This document shows positions 49,231 through 58,626 of a stretch of DNA of 64,000 nucleotides, piece after piece; the stretch's first letter is position 1, and each line of letters opens with the position of its first letter. The notes beneath the pieces are model-generated. The model made no database searches, was not told the DNA's origin, and saw nothing but the letters and a program-made list of their open reading frames with translations. Both the position numbers and the translations under genes were made by a program. The stretch is from an archaeon GW2011_AR19 (lineage in GTDB: Archaea; Nanobdellota; Nanobdellia; Pacearchaeales; GW2011-AR1): contig JWKY01000001.1 in the NCBI GenBank assembly GCA_000806015.1, forward strand, positions 43,569 to 107,568, written 5' to 3'.

Positions 49231-50220
49231 TTATACCATGAAAATCCAAAATCCGAGCAAGATAATCATTATCTGAAATCCATTAATTAAATAGACGACA
49301 TCTGTTTCATAAACTTTTTTTGACGGCTTTATTTTTTTCAAAAGTTTTATTGCTAAATGTTCCAATCCATATATTTTCTCATAAGGCATCTCCAAACTTC
49401 TATCTTTATTTAGCTTTGCAAAACTTTCTTTTCTAAGCCATCCTCTTAATTTTAAAATTGTTTCAAGGATATATGGAATAAAAAAGAATAATGCGATTTT
49501 TTCAATGTTTCCGAGGATGGCAATTACTGCAATCAGCGCTCCAACAGGATAAGTTAAAGTATCTCCGGGAAATATTTTTGCAGGATATTTGTTAAATATG
49601 TAAAAAGCGATTAAAGCCGCAACCATACATAATGCAATTATGCTTAACCAGGAATTTCCAGTTAAAAAAGTTACAATAGACAGTGCAGATAAAATTAAAA
49701 TTCCCTGACTTGCTTCTAATCCGTTGTATCCAGCTAAAAAATTAAAAGTTGTTGATGCTCCTACAATTCCTATTGGAATTAAAAATAATGGATATACTAA
49801 TCCAAAATCTATTCCAAATAGAATGGATTCTCCGGCATTTATTACCATCAGAGGGATAGCAGCAAAAAGCATCATCACAATCCTCATTGATTTGCTTAAG
49901 CCCTTTTTCCAGCCCAATAAATCATCTATTGAACCAAGCATAGTGGCAATAAATAAAGTTGTTAAAATTGCAAATATAGAAGATAAAAATTCACTTCTTT
50001 TAAAATAAAAAGTATTTATTGCAATATATAATAATACACCGATTGAAAATCCAAACATGACGCTGACTCCACCGCCTTCTGCAATCTTTTTTTTATCTTG
50101 TTTATGCATATCTTTTCCAACTAAATTCTCTTGATTGGCTTTTCTTATCCAAAAGGGAATTATAAAAAGAGCGCAGAAAAAACTAATTAATATTGTTGCT
50201 AATAATAATATTTCCACCAT
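49231..50220 (-). CDS. aglH: UDP-GlcNAc:dolichyl-phosphate GlcNAc-1-phosphate transferase (AglH/GPT, MraY-like family)
   Basis: DMHK, EGGG, IDD, N.LAGYNGLE, NKYPAKIFPGD. Confidence 0.88.
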   Translation of the reverse strand: MVEILLLATILISFFCALFIIPFWIRKANQENLVGKDMHKQDKKKIAEGGGVSVMFGFSIGVLLYIAINTFYFKRSEFLSSIFAILTTLFIATMLGSIDDLLGWKKGLSKSMRIVMMLFAAIPLMVINAGESILFGIDFGLVYPLFLIPIGIVGASTTFNFLAGYNGLEASQGILILSALSIVTFLTGNSWLSIIALCMVAALIAFYIFNKYPAKIFPGDTLTYPVGALIAVIAILGNIEKIALFFFIPYILETILKLRGWLRKESFAKLNKDRSLEMPYEKIYGLEHLAIKLLKKIKPSKKVYETDVVYLINGFQIMIILLGFWIFMV

Positions 50221-50286
50221 TTTTATTATATGCTGAGAGAATTTTTAAAGGTATTTATGTACAATGCCTGCTCACTCTGTTCGCAG

Positions 50287-50406
50287 AATTTATTTGCTAC
50301 GAAATAGATTTCATCATATTTCTTCGCTAAAAGAAAAGGCTTATCGCGGTAATACTTTTGAAAGGCTGGATTAATCCTTAAATAAATTAATGAATAAAAG
50401 CTGTTT
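50287..50406 (+). repeat. 120-bp dispersed structured repeat, copy A
   Basis: Shares ordered blocks aatttatttgct.cgaaat, atttcttcgctaaaa, gctggattaatc and agctgttt with the reverse complement of 55692-55811. Confidence 0.8.
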
Positions 50407-50578
50407 GGAGTAATATCCTAAATAAATCCTCGCGACTTTGGAGTGAGCAATTTAGCATCTAAGAAAAATATAATTTTTAGTCCGAAAATTACCCAATCAT
50501 CAATATTTTTATTATATATTCATTATTAAATGATAACAAAATCGAAAGATTTATATAGCTCATTTCTTTTTAGTTATT

Positions 50579-51091
50579 ATGGAAATAATAAAAAAAGTAT
50601 GGAAAGGAATATGGAAAGACTCTCCTCATGTTACTGCTTATGGTGGCGGGATGCCTTCTATCGGTTGTTTTGGAATTACAGCTTTAGTGACTTTTGGTAT
50701 TGCGGGTCTTTTTGTGTATGCTCTTAAATCTGGTTTTGATAAACACGTGAAAGAAGAAAATCCTAATCTACAAAAAAGCAACTCTTTTATTACAGCGAAA
50801 GTTTTAGATGAATTTTATGAAAAAGTAGACAATCGTTCCAATTATACTTTAAGATGCCTTACTGACAAAAATAAAGAAATGTATATCTCTATAACAGATG
50901 CTCTAACTAAAAAGAAAGAATCTTTAGATTCATTAATAAATAAAGGAGATAAAATAACCTTTCCTAAGGGAAATCTTTCTGAAAATATTGGTTTTATTTC
51001 AGGTTATCATGAGATTGAAGAAGAAATTTATTTTACAGATTCTACTAAAGTTGGAAATAAATGCGCAGATAGAATAAAAGTTCTAAAATGA
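50579..51091 (+). CDS. hypothetical membrane-anchored protein
   Basis: 170 aa with one TM; BRE-TATA (cgaaag-atttatata) about 22 nt upstream. Confidence 0.7.
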   Translation: MEIIKKVWKGIWKDSPHVTAYGGGMPSIGCFGITALVTFGIAGLFVYALKSGFDKHVKEENPNLQKSNSFITAKVLDEFYEKVDNRSNYTLRCLTDKNKEMYISITDALTKKKESLDSLINKGDKITFPKGNLSENIGFISGYHEIEEEIYFTDSTKVGNKCADRIKVLK

Positions 51092-51933
51092 AAAAAATAA
51101 AAGCAGATTTGCATAATCATCTGAGGTCAAGCAGTATTTTGGAAAATTCTGACTTTAATAATTCAGTTGATATTGCATCTAAAAAATTAGGCAGCGGAGC
51201 TTGTTTTGGATTGATTAATATGCATGACAGGAGATATGAAAAATTTGCTGATTTAAAAGGTTATGAAAGAGAATGGGTTGGAGAAAATAGAAACGCGATT
51301 TATATTCCTGAAAAAGATGTTTTGGTTATTAGAGGTCAAGAGGTGACAACAAAGCAAGGGCATTTATTAGTTTTAGGTTTAGGATATGATGTTCATTTAA
51401 AAAATTCAATATCTTTAGAAGATACTTTAAAAAAAGCAAAAGATAATAACGGAACCATAATTGCTGACCATCCTTTTTATATAGAAGGAATAGGAAAATC
51501 TCTGGAAAAAAATATGCAATTATTAAAATATTTTGATGCTATTGAAATTTATAATGGAGAAGCGACTTTTGGTTTGCCGATAGGACCTTTCCCAAAAAAT
51601 GCCAATGAAAAAGCTCAAAAATTTTATAATGAGATAAAAGAGGATTTCCCACATTTAGGGGCAATATCTTCTTCTGACGGACATTCAATTTCTGAGATAG
51701 GTTCAAGCTATACAGAGATTAACTCTCTTGATATTGCAAATAAAAAAAATTTTGTTTATTCTTTAAGAGATTCTGTAAGGGGCGCAAATTTGGATGATTG
51801 CAAAAAAATGAACTCTTCATTTTTTAGTTCTATGAAACATATAAGTGAATTAGTCGGAATAATTGCATCTGAAAAAATTGGCTACAAAGGTTTTAAAACA
51901 GAACGGCCCGATGAATTGGAGTTGAGTATTTGA
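51088..51933 (+). CDS. PHP-domain metal-dependent hydrolase
   Basis: DLHNH, GQEV.TKQGHLL, ADHPF, DAIEIYNG, SSDGH. Confidence 0.85.
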   Translation: MKKIKADLHNHLRSSSILENSDFNNSVDIASKKLGSGACFGLINMHDRRYEKFADLKGYEREWVGENRNAIYIPEKDVLVIRGQEVTTKQGHLLVLGLGYDVHLKNSISLEDTLKKAKDNNGTIIADHPFYIEGIGKSLEKNMQLLKYFDAIEIYNGEATFGLPIGPFPKNANEKAQKFYNEIKEDFPHLGAISSSDGHSISEIGSSYTEINSLDIANKKNFVYSLRDSVRGANLDDCKKMNSSFFSSMKHISELVGIIASEKIGYKGFKTERPDELELSI

Positions 51934-51938
51934 TTTTT

Positions 51939-52361
51939 TTATTTCCACCCCAGAAAAATTATTCCAATAGTTGTCAGTAGAACCCCAACAAGTTTTAAAG
52001 GCGTTAATTCTGATTTAAACAAAAATATTGATGCAAATAATACTGCAACTCCACTCGCAGAAATTATTGCTTGAGTATACCCTGGATTTTCTGCAAATTT
52101 AAAGGAATATGTCGCTGCAAGATTTCCAAAAAGAGCAAGCACTCCTGCAAGAATAAGAAAGATAATCCAGATGTTTGGAACTATAATATTTTGCTTAGTG
52201 ACTATTGCTGTTATTAAAAATAGTGCAAATGTAAACGCCATTAAATATAGTCCAAAAATTATAGGATGTATTCCAAGATTAAGAAGATGTTTTTGAATCA
52301 AGGTAATTCCTGCAAACATAAATAAACTTGCAAAAGCCAATAAAAACCAATTCATTTTCAC
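51939..52361 (-). CDS. EamA/DMT family small transporter
   Basis: About 5 TM helices; K.AENPGY, E.LTPLKLVG..L...G. Confidence 0.8.
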   Translation of the reverse strand: MKMNWFLLAFASLFMFAGITLIQKHLLNLGIHPIIFGLYLMAFTFALFLITAIVTKQNIIVPNIWIIFLILAGVLALFGNLAATYSFKFAENPGYTQAIISASGVAVLFASIFLFKSELTPLKLVGVLLTTIGIIFLGWK

Positions 52362-52441
52362 TATATTTATTAATGCTTATTAAGTATAAAAAACTTTCTT
52401 AAATCAGGTAGAAATTTAAATAAAGAATACTTAACCAATTT

Positions 52442-53266
52442 ATGAAAACTTACAAACTATCTTTACACTCCCATACAACAAATTTTATTCATTTTATCCT
52501 AACAAAACCAAACAAGAAAAAATATTTAAAAAAGCTTTTGAAAATTTTATTTATAAAAAAAGGAAATTTAGTTTTAGGAATATCTAATTTTAACGATGAT
52601 GACAGGTACAAAAAACTTCTTGAAACTGCCGAGAAACTAAAACTTTATAGATTTGACGGAAAAAATAAGGATTTTTTCTTTTCAATAGAAAAAGATAATA
52701 AAAAAGTTTATTTTATCAAAACTGATGAAATTGAAACAGATAAAGGCCATCTTTTGATTGTGGGATTTAAAGGTAAAATTAGAAAAAGAAAATTAGAAGA
52801 AGTTTTGAAAGAAGTGCATAAACAAAAGTGTATTATTATTGCAAATCATCCTCTCCATAATTTTGGAGTGCCTTATTTTTTAGTAGAGAAGATTTTAGGA
52901 AAATATAATGGTGTAAGTTTTAATAAAAAAGAATTAATGAAATATAAAAAAGATTTTGATGCAATTGAGTTAGATGCTTATTTTCCTGAAGATTGGATAA
53001 AAATTAAAAAATTTGCAACTAAAAATAAAATTCCTATAATTTCCGATTCAGACGCTCATTTTTTAGATGAAATATTTACTTCTTTTTATGAAATAGAAAA
53101 TTTAAATTTTAGTAATCCGACTTCGTTCAAAAAATCCTTAAAAAATGCTCTAAAAAAAAGGATTCATTTGCATGCAAAGAAATACGGTTATCTTGCAAGA
53201 TATAAACATCTTTTTGAAGTGATTTTAGAAAATTTTGGAAGGAAAATAGGTTTGCTTAAATCCTAA
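52442..53266 (+). CDS. PHP-domain protein
   Basis: LHSH, EIETDKGHLL, ANHP, DAIE, SDSDAH. Confidence 0.82.
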   Translation: MKTYKLSLHSHTTNFIHFILTKPNKKKYLKKLLKILFIKKGNLVLGISNFNDDDRYKKLLETAEKLKLYRFDGKNKDFFFSIEKDNKKVYFIKTDEIETDKGHLLIVGFKGKIRKRKLEEVLKEVHKQKCIIIANHPLHNFGVPYFLVEKILGKYNGVSFNKKELMKYKKDFDAIELDAYFPEDWIKIKKFATKNKIPIISDSDAHFLDEIFTSFYEIENLNFSNPTSFKKSLKNALKKRIHLHAKKYGYLARYKHLFEVILENFGRKIGLLKS

Positions 53267-54120
53267 TTAAACAACATCGGAGTAAAATAAACTTCAATAA
53301 TCCCCCCAATAAGGATAAGAATAATTGCTATAAATAATAACATAATGCTGTGCTGCAATACTTTATAGAATCTTTCGTCTTTTATTCCGTGTCTTAAAAT
53401 TCCCACTCCAAAAATTCCCCCTGCGAGCGCCGCCACAAAATAAGCGCCTATTTCCGGCAATCCATGAATCATATATCTCGCAATTCCAAGGGGAATTTCC
53501 TGAATAGAATATTTTGTGAAAACTCCTATTGCTGCAGCAATTACGCTAGCATTCCATATTAAAATAAAAATTGCTCCGGCCCCGAAAATTAATGAAAAAA
53601 TTAAAGTAAAAATCATTACATACACATTATTTTCAATTATAGAAAGCAGTCTTGTTTCTTTTAAAACTGCGCCAGACACTTTATCTGGCCCCATAATATA
53701 TTGTTCAACACAGGCATTTATATCTGTTGGATTATTTATTCTGCAATAAGTCTGCAGCTGGAAATTAAGCAGATTTGCGTCCTGCAATACAATATACCAA
53801 AAAGAAAATGCAATAACGAATCCCAAAAACAACCACATAAAAGCATAAAGCGCGTCCTTGTGGGCATTCCAGACTCCTTTAAAACCCTCTACAGTTTCAT
53901 CTTCTTTTTCTTCTTTTTTGATAATAAAATACATATAAGGCAGAGAAAACATTATTAAAAAAATGACGACCATCATTCCAGAAGCCTTTGACAAATCAGG
54001 GTCCTGCGAAAAAAACCAGTGAACTAAAATCAGCGACAGCGACGCATAAATAAGTCCGATAAAAAACATTTTCCATGGACCTTTCTGAGTTCTTTTTGGA
54101 TGAATTATATCTTCAAGCAT
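53263..54120 (-). CDS. Stage II sporulation protein M (DUF95) family membrane protein
   Basis: I.ENN, WNASVI, HGLPEI, IEV.F.P. Confidence 0.85.
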   Translation of the reverse strand: MLEDIIHPKRTQKGPWKMFFIGLIYASLSLILVHWFFSQDPDLSKASGMMVVIFLIMFSLPYMYFIIKKEEKEDETVEGFKGVWNAHKDALYAFMWLFLGFVIAFSFWYIVLQDANLLNFQLQTYCRINNPTDINACVEQYIMGPDKVSGAVLKETRLLSIIENNVYVMIFTLIFSLIFGAGAIFILIWNASVIAAAIGVFTKYSIQEIPLGIARYMIHGLPEIGAYFVAALAGGIFGVGILRHGIKDERFYKVLQHSIMLLFIAIILILIGGIIEVYFTPMLFN

Positions 54121-54170
54121 GCTTTATTAAAAAAAAGAGAATATTTAAAGTTTCGTGGGATGTAAATAAT

Positions 54171-54959
54171 ATGAACAAAAAAAAGGCGTTCAATAAAATT
54201 TTAAGAGATATAAAAGAAATTAAAATTCAGGGAGCAAGAAATATTGCAAAAAAAGCCCTTTATGCTTATTCTTTATTCCCAAATCAAAAATCAAAAAAGA
54301 AACTCTTTTCTTTAAGACCAACAGAGCCAATGTTAATTAATGTTCTTAATAAAATGGATAAAGAGCCTTATGAAAAAATACTAAAACATTTTGATGAATC
54401 CCAGAAAAAAATTAATGAAAATGTTTTAAAAATTATTGGAAAAAATAAAGTTATTTTTACTCACTGCCATTCAACAAATGTTTCAGGAGCTTTGATTTAT
54501 GCTAAGAAAAAAGGGGAAAAATTTGAAGTTTATAACACTGAAACCCGTCCATTATTTCAGGGAAGAAAAACTGCTAAAGAATTAAAAAAAGCAGGGATAA
54601 AAGTAACAATGTTCATAGATTCAGCTTTGGGAGTTGCATTAAAAGATGCTGAGATTATTTTTTTAGGCGCAGACGCGCTTTTAAAAAACGGAATAATAAA
54701 CAAAATAGGTTCAGGAATCATAGCAAGAATTGCTAGAGATGAAAAAATTCCCGTTTATATTGTCGCTGATTCCTGGAAATTTACAAAAAATAAAATTCCA
54801 ATAGAACAGAGAAATTTGAATGAAGTTTGGGACAAGGCTCCAAAAAATATTAAAATAAAAAATCCTGCATTTGAATTTGTTGAGAAAAAATATATTTCAG
54901 GAATTGTCAGCGAGTTGGGAGTTATGGGATATGATAAATTTGTTGGGAAAATGAAATAG
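54171..54959 (+). CDS. eIF-2B-family protein, probably ribose-1,5-bisphosphate isomerase
   Basis: IQGA..IA, RPTEP, THCHST, ETRP.FQG, GADA, NKIGS, NPAF, SELG. Start placed at the ATG at 54171. Confidence 0.82.
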   Translation: MNKKKAFNKILRDIKEIKIQGARNIAKKALYAYSLFPNQKSKKKLFSLRPTEPMLINVLNKMDKEPYEKILKHFDESQKKINENVLKIIGKNKVIFTHCHSTNVSGALIYAKKKGEKFEVYNTETRPLFQGRKTAKELKKAGIKVTMFIDSALGVALKDAEIIFLGADALLKNGIINKIGSGIIARIARDEKIPVYIVADSWKFTKNKIPIEQRNLNEVWDKAPKNIKIKNPAFEFVEKKYISGIVSELGVMGYDKFVGKMK

Positions 54960-54976
54960 AAAAGTTTAAATACTTC

Positions 54977-54992
54977 GTAAGATTAGACTTAC
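54977..54992. promoter_or_regulatory. Inverted-repeat operator candidate for the AbrB-RelE TA promoter
   Basis: gtaag-attaga-cttac lies between the TATA box (tttaaata) and the ATG at 54994. Confidence 0.55.
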
Positions 54993-54993
54993 C

Positions 54994-55263
54994 ATGACTA
55001 ATATTAATATAATCAAAATGAGTTCAAAAGGACAGATTGTAATTCCTCTTGACATGAGAAAAGGAATTAAAGAGGGGGATAAATTATTTATCATCCAGAA
55101 TGAAGGAAAATTAATTATTAAAAAAGCAAGCGAATCTGATGAAAATTTTCAAGAAGATTTAGAATTTGCTAGAAGAACAGAAAAAGCATGGAAGCAGATA
55201 GAAGAAGGGAAATGTAAAACTTATACACTAAAGGAATTTAAAAAGAAACTGATAAATGGTTAA
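54994..55263 (+). CDS. AbrB/MazE/SpoVT-family antitoxin
   Basis: KMSSKGQIVIP..MR..IKEGD.L. Confidence 0.88.
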   Translation: MTNINIIKMSSKGQIVIPLDMRKGIKEGDKLFIIQNEGKLIIKKASESDENFQEDLEFARRTEKAWKQIEEGKCKTYTLKEFKKKLING

Positions 55264-55501
55264 TGTTAAACCTTCAGAGGATTTTGAGAAAATTTTAAGC
55301 AAATTAGATAAAAGTGTAAGGATTAAAATTAATAAATTAATAGATAGAATAATTCTAAATCCAAAAATTGGGAAACATATGATGTATGATAGAAAGGGGA
55401 CAATGGAAGTTTATGCTAAACCTTTTAGGCTTTCATATTCTTATGATAAAAACGCAGATACTTTATATTTGTTGGATTTATATCATAAAAAGAAACAATA
55501 A
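55256..55501 (+). CDS. RelE/ParE-family toxin
   Basis: FEK.LSKLD, I..NP.IGK, FRLSY, HKK; overlaps the antitoxin gene. Confidence 0.82.
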   Translation: MVNVKPSEDFEKILSKLDKSVRIKINKLIDRIILNPKIGKHMMYDRKGTMEVYAKPFRLSYSYDKNADTLYLLDLYHKKKQ

Positions 55502-55518
55502 ATTTTTTTAATGTCTGG

Positions 55519-55670
55519 ATTGCTCGGCTCCCGACCTCGCACGGGTTATTAATAAATTAAAATTACTCCCTACCACGAAGTCGCTCGGCTCCCAATCTCA
55601 CTCGGTTATTTCTATAATTTACCTAATTAATTTTCTCCTCCGTGAAGTCGCTCGTCGCAAGACGACTCGA
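55519..55670. repeat. Cluster of GC-rich GCTCG-core repeats (related copies at 58444-58527)
   Basis: gctcggctcccgacctcgcacgggttatt vs gctcggctcccaatctcactcggttatt; ctccgtgaagtcgctcg vs ctccgtgaaagcgctcg (near 58510); hairpin gtcg-caaga-cgac. Confidence 0.7.
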
Positions 55671-55691
55671 ATTTGGAAAAGATTATCTTCT

Positions 55692-55811
55692 AAACAGCTC
55701 TTTGATTATTAATAATTTCAATTGATTAATCCAGCTTCTAAAAATGTTGATAGTGATAATTTCTTTTTAGCGAAGAAATCTGCGCTTGCGCGATTTCGGA
55801 GCAAATAAATT
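55692..55811 (-). repeat. 120-bp dispersed structured repeat, copy B (inverted relative to copy A)
   Basis: See copy A; contains the hairpin gaaatc-t-gcg-cttg-cgc-gatttc at 55775-55797. Confidence 0.8.
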
Positions 55812-55836
55812 TATTTTTCCTAAGGAAAAATGCAAA

Positions 55837-56229
55837 TCATCCAGTTTTCCCCTGATACTCAATCATCGTCCTTGTTATTTCTTCATTAATCTTTTCTAAT
55901 TCCCCTTCTAAACTTTCTCTAACTTTTTCTAATTTCAGTATCTGTTCCTGAATTAATTTTTTTGTTTGAGGAATTGATTTTTTAAGATAATTTTTATCCC
56001 CAATTCCAACAACCAGTTCTTCTGAGATAATTTTTGCTTTTGCAAATATTCCTGCGCCAACTGAAGCAAGAATTTCTTTATCTTTTTTTATTTCATCTAA
56101 TCCTAAATTCAGAGAAGTCATATCAAGAAGTGTCTGCTCAACAGCCTGCAATTGCTGCTGAATTGCAACTATCTGCTGTTCCATCATCTGAAATTTAAAT
56201 GTTAATTCTTGTTCTGCGTTTTTTTCCAT
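55837..56229 (-). CDS. pfdA: Prefoldin subunit alpha
   Basis: Coiled coils flanking EILASVGAGIFAKAK...VGIG..Y. Start placed at the ATG at 56229. Confidence 0.88.
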   Translation of the reverse strand: MEKNAEQELTFKFQMMEQQIVAIQQQLQAVEQTLLDMTSLNLGLDEIKKDKEILASVGAGIFAKAKIISEELVVGIGDKNYLKKSIPQTKKLIQEQILKLEKVRESLEGELEKINEEITRTMIEYQGKTG

Positions 56230-56230
56230 A

Positions 56231-56995
56231 TTAAACAATATCCCACCATTTTCTAAGTATTGCTCCAAAAACTATTGCAAATAAAATATAAAATAAAAAC
56301 CAACTCATGCCTAACCATAATCTAATCGGTTCTCCAGCTATTTCTTCTGCAGCAATAAAATAATCTCCAAACCATCTGAAAAATAAAATAAATGGGATAC
56401 CTGTATAGGCAAGGGCACGCATGCTTAATTTCATTTGTTTTGGCATTAGTTTCCATTGTTTTTTTGTTAATTCCATTACCTTTTCAGGATGGTTTTTAAA
56501 TTCCTTCATTTGTTTTTGAATTTCTTTTTGTTCTTTTTTTAATTCTTTCAGAGCTTCTTGATTTGTCGCGTATTTCTGGACAATTGTCGTCAATAAAGTA
56601 ATCACAAAAACAACAATCAGCATTCCTATATTTAAATTCCAATCAAGCAGAAATCCTGCGCTTGGATTTAAAATATAATGAACAGAATTTTTTATTGCCG
56701 GCGTTTTATCCCATAAAGAAGCAATTAACAAGGAAGCCAGCATTATTATAATAATTAATGTAAAACCCCCTTCTCCTTTTTTATCTTTTAAATTAGGATG
56801 TTTTTTTTCAATTTCTTTAATTTTTTCTTCCTGAGCTTCAATTTCTTTTTTTCTGGTTTCAACTTCTTTAGAATGATTTTTTTCTTTTTTTAGCTCTTCA
56901 ACTTTTTTATCCAAAGCTTCTAAATCAGGCTCATACTTTTGAGTTGCAGGATTAAATTTTGTTGGAATTTCTATTGTCGTTTTATTATTTTCCAT
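56231..56995 (-). CDS. EMC3/TMCO1 (DUF106, Oxa1-superfamily) membrane insertase
   Basis: TMs around the coiled coil TNQEALKELKKEQKE, PFILFFRW, SW...Y; adjacent to secY. Confidence 0.85.
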   Translation of the reverse strand: MENNKTTIEIPTKFNPATQKYEPDLEALDKKVEELKKEKNHSKEVETRKKEIEAQEEKIKEIEKKHPNLKDKKGEGGFTLIIIIMLASLLIASLWDKTPAIKNSVHYILNPSAGFLLDWNLNIGMLIVVFVITLLTTIVQKYATNQEALKELKKEQKEIQKQMKEFKNHPEKVMELTKKQWKLMPKQMKLSMRALAYTGIPFILFFRWFGDYFIAAEEIAGEPIRLWLGMSWFLFYILFAIVFGAILRKWWDIV

Positions 56996-58387
56996 TTAAT
57001 CGCCCCCCATGAATTTTCTCATTGCAGGATTCATATCCGTCATATGCTGCTGCGCAATGCTCTGATAAAACTGATGGAAAATCATGATTACTAATAAAAT
57101 AGAAGTTCCGCCGACTAAAGCCCCAAGCAGATTTGTAAATGAAGCAAGCAACCCAATTGCCGCCCCGCCCATCACGGTTAAAGGCATAATATATCTGTCT
57201 AAAATACTTTCTAAAATTCTTATATCTTGTCTGAATCCTGAAACCTGCAATCCTGATGAAGCAATTTTTTTAGCCTGACTTTTTGAATCCATTCCTGCTG
57301 TTTTAACCCAAAATACCGAGAATAAAGTAGCTAATCCCATATAAAATAAAATATGAATTAATGACTGGAGAAGATATTTCCATAAAAACCCGCCTCTTAT
57401 CAGTAACTCCAATAAATTAGTTGAGCCTATCCAAAAAGCCAAACCTGAAACTGCCTGGCCTCCTGCAAAACTTCCTAAAAATGTCGGACCTCCTCTCCAA
57501 TTTTCTATTAATCCTCCAAACAACTGAATATTTGCGACTAACGCTGCTGTTAAAATAACTGGAATTACCGACGCATAGAAAAAAGCCAAAGGCCATTTAA
57601 TTCCATATCCTCTTATTCTTCCGAATGATAATGGAATCTCAACTTTTAGAGACTGAGCCCAGACAACTATTAAGAAAATTGCAATTGTTGCCAGAATTGC
57701 AGCAAGCGCAGAAAGTATTTCTACAGGATATTTATTAATAATAGATTGAACTAAAACAAAAACTTTTCCGGAACATGGAGTATTGCCAAAATCAAGCAGA
57801 CAATTTTTCCCCTGTTGATTTATGAATTGAAATGCGCTTGTAAATAAAGTCCAGGAAACTCCTGCTCCGATAAATAAACTGACTCCTGAGCCAAAGCCCC
57901 ATTTTTCGCAAACTTCATTCATATAAAAAATAGCCAAGCCTCCTAAAATTAATTGAAAAATTACAATCCCCATTAATCCCGGCGCAGCTTCTAATCCTTT
58001 CATTGCCACATAAACAATTGATTCAAATAATATAAAAAAGAAAACTAAAATTTTTTGAATTCCCTGAAAAAATTTTCTTCCTTCAGGCGTCGTTGTATCA
58101 ATATTTAATATTCCAGAACCAGCAAGCAACTGCAGAATAATAGAACCCATAACAATCGGTCCGATTCCCAACGAGATTATACTTCCAAAATCAGTAGCAA
58201 GCAAAACAGCGAGGAATTCAAATCTTTCAAGCGCATTATTAGAAAGCCCGAATAAAGGGATATTTGCTAAAATGAAAAATGCAGCAAGAATTATTAGTGT
58301 CCATTTTAATTTTATATTAAAGCCTAATTTTTTTTCTTCCGGTTTTCTAACTTCCGGAATCCAACTGAAAATTTTAGTTAAATTCAT
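56996..58387 (-). CDS. secY: Preprotein translocase subunit SecY (Sec61 alpha)
   Basis: LGIGPIV.SIILQLL, KWGFGSGVSLFI, YASVIPVIL, GFR, RYI, GGTSILL. Confidence 0.96.
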   Translation of the reverse strand: MNLTKIFSWIPEVRKPEEKKLGFNIKLKWTLIILAAFFILANIPLFGLSNNALERFEFLAVLLATDFGSIISLGIGPIVMGSIILQLLAGSGILNIDTTTPEGRKFFQGIQKILVFFFILFESIVYVAMKGLEAAPGLMGIVIFQLILGGLAIFYMNEVCEKWGFGSGVSLFIGAGVSWTLFTSAFQFINQQGKNCLLDFGNTPCSGKVFVLVQSIINKYPVEILSALAAILATIAIFLIVVWAQSLKVEIPLSFGRIRGYGIKWPLAFFYASVIPVILTAALVANIQLFGGLIENWRGGPTFLGSFAGGQAVSGLAFWIGSTNLLELLIRGGFLWKYLLQSLIHILFYMGLATLFSVFWVKTAGMDSKSQAKKIASSGLQVSGFRQDIRILESILDRYIMPLTVMGGAAIGLLASFTNLLGALVGGTSILLVIMIFHQFYQSIAQQHMTDMNPAMRKFMGGD

Positions 58388-58626
58388 TAGATATTCAATA
58401 AAAATTAGCTTTTAAATTTAGTTATTTTTAGATTTTGTCTCTGAAATTGCTCGTCGCTTTCGCTCCTCTACTCGCGCCCTCACTCAGAAATAAAAATTGA
58501 TAATTTACCCTCCGTGAAAGCGCTCGGATTTATTTGTCTTCTACATAGACGGCTTTTTATTAATCTTAGTTATTAAAATATTTTCTTACATAATAATCTT
58601 CTTAATTTCTTCATTTTTTCTTTAAC

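Noticed and set aside
50269..50449. MITE bounded by 9-bp inverted repeats tgctcactc / gagtgagca
   Set aside because: The IR is real, but no clear target-site duplication is seen and copy B of the internal repeat lacks these ends; not enough for a mobile-element call.
54075..54170. Extended N-termini given by the ORF track (also 13888, 26634, 56268, 62607, 63613)
   Set aside because: They overlap neighbouring genes, promoters or repeats; downstream ATGs fit family N-termini and coupling distances better.
55519..55670. Possible degenerate CRISPR array or tRNA
   Set aside because: Units are too divergent and irregular for CRISPR repeats, and there is no cloverleaf or T-loop consensus; kept only as a repeat cluster.
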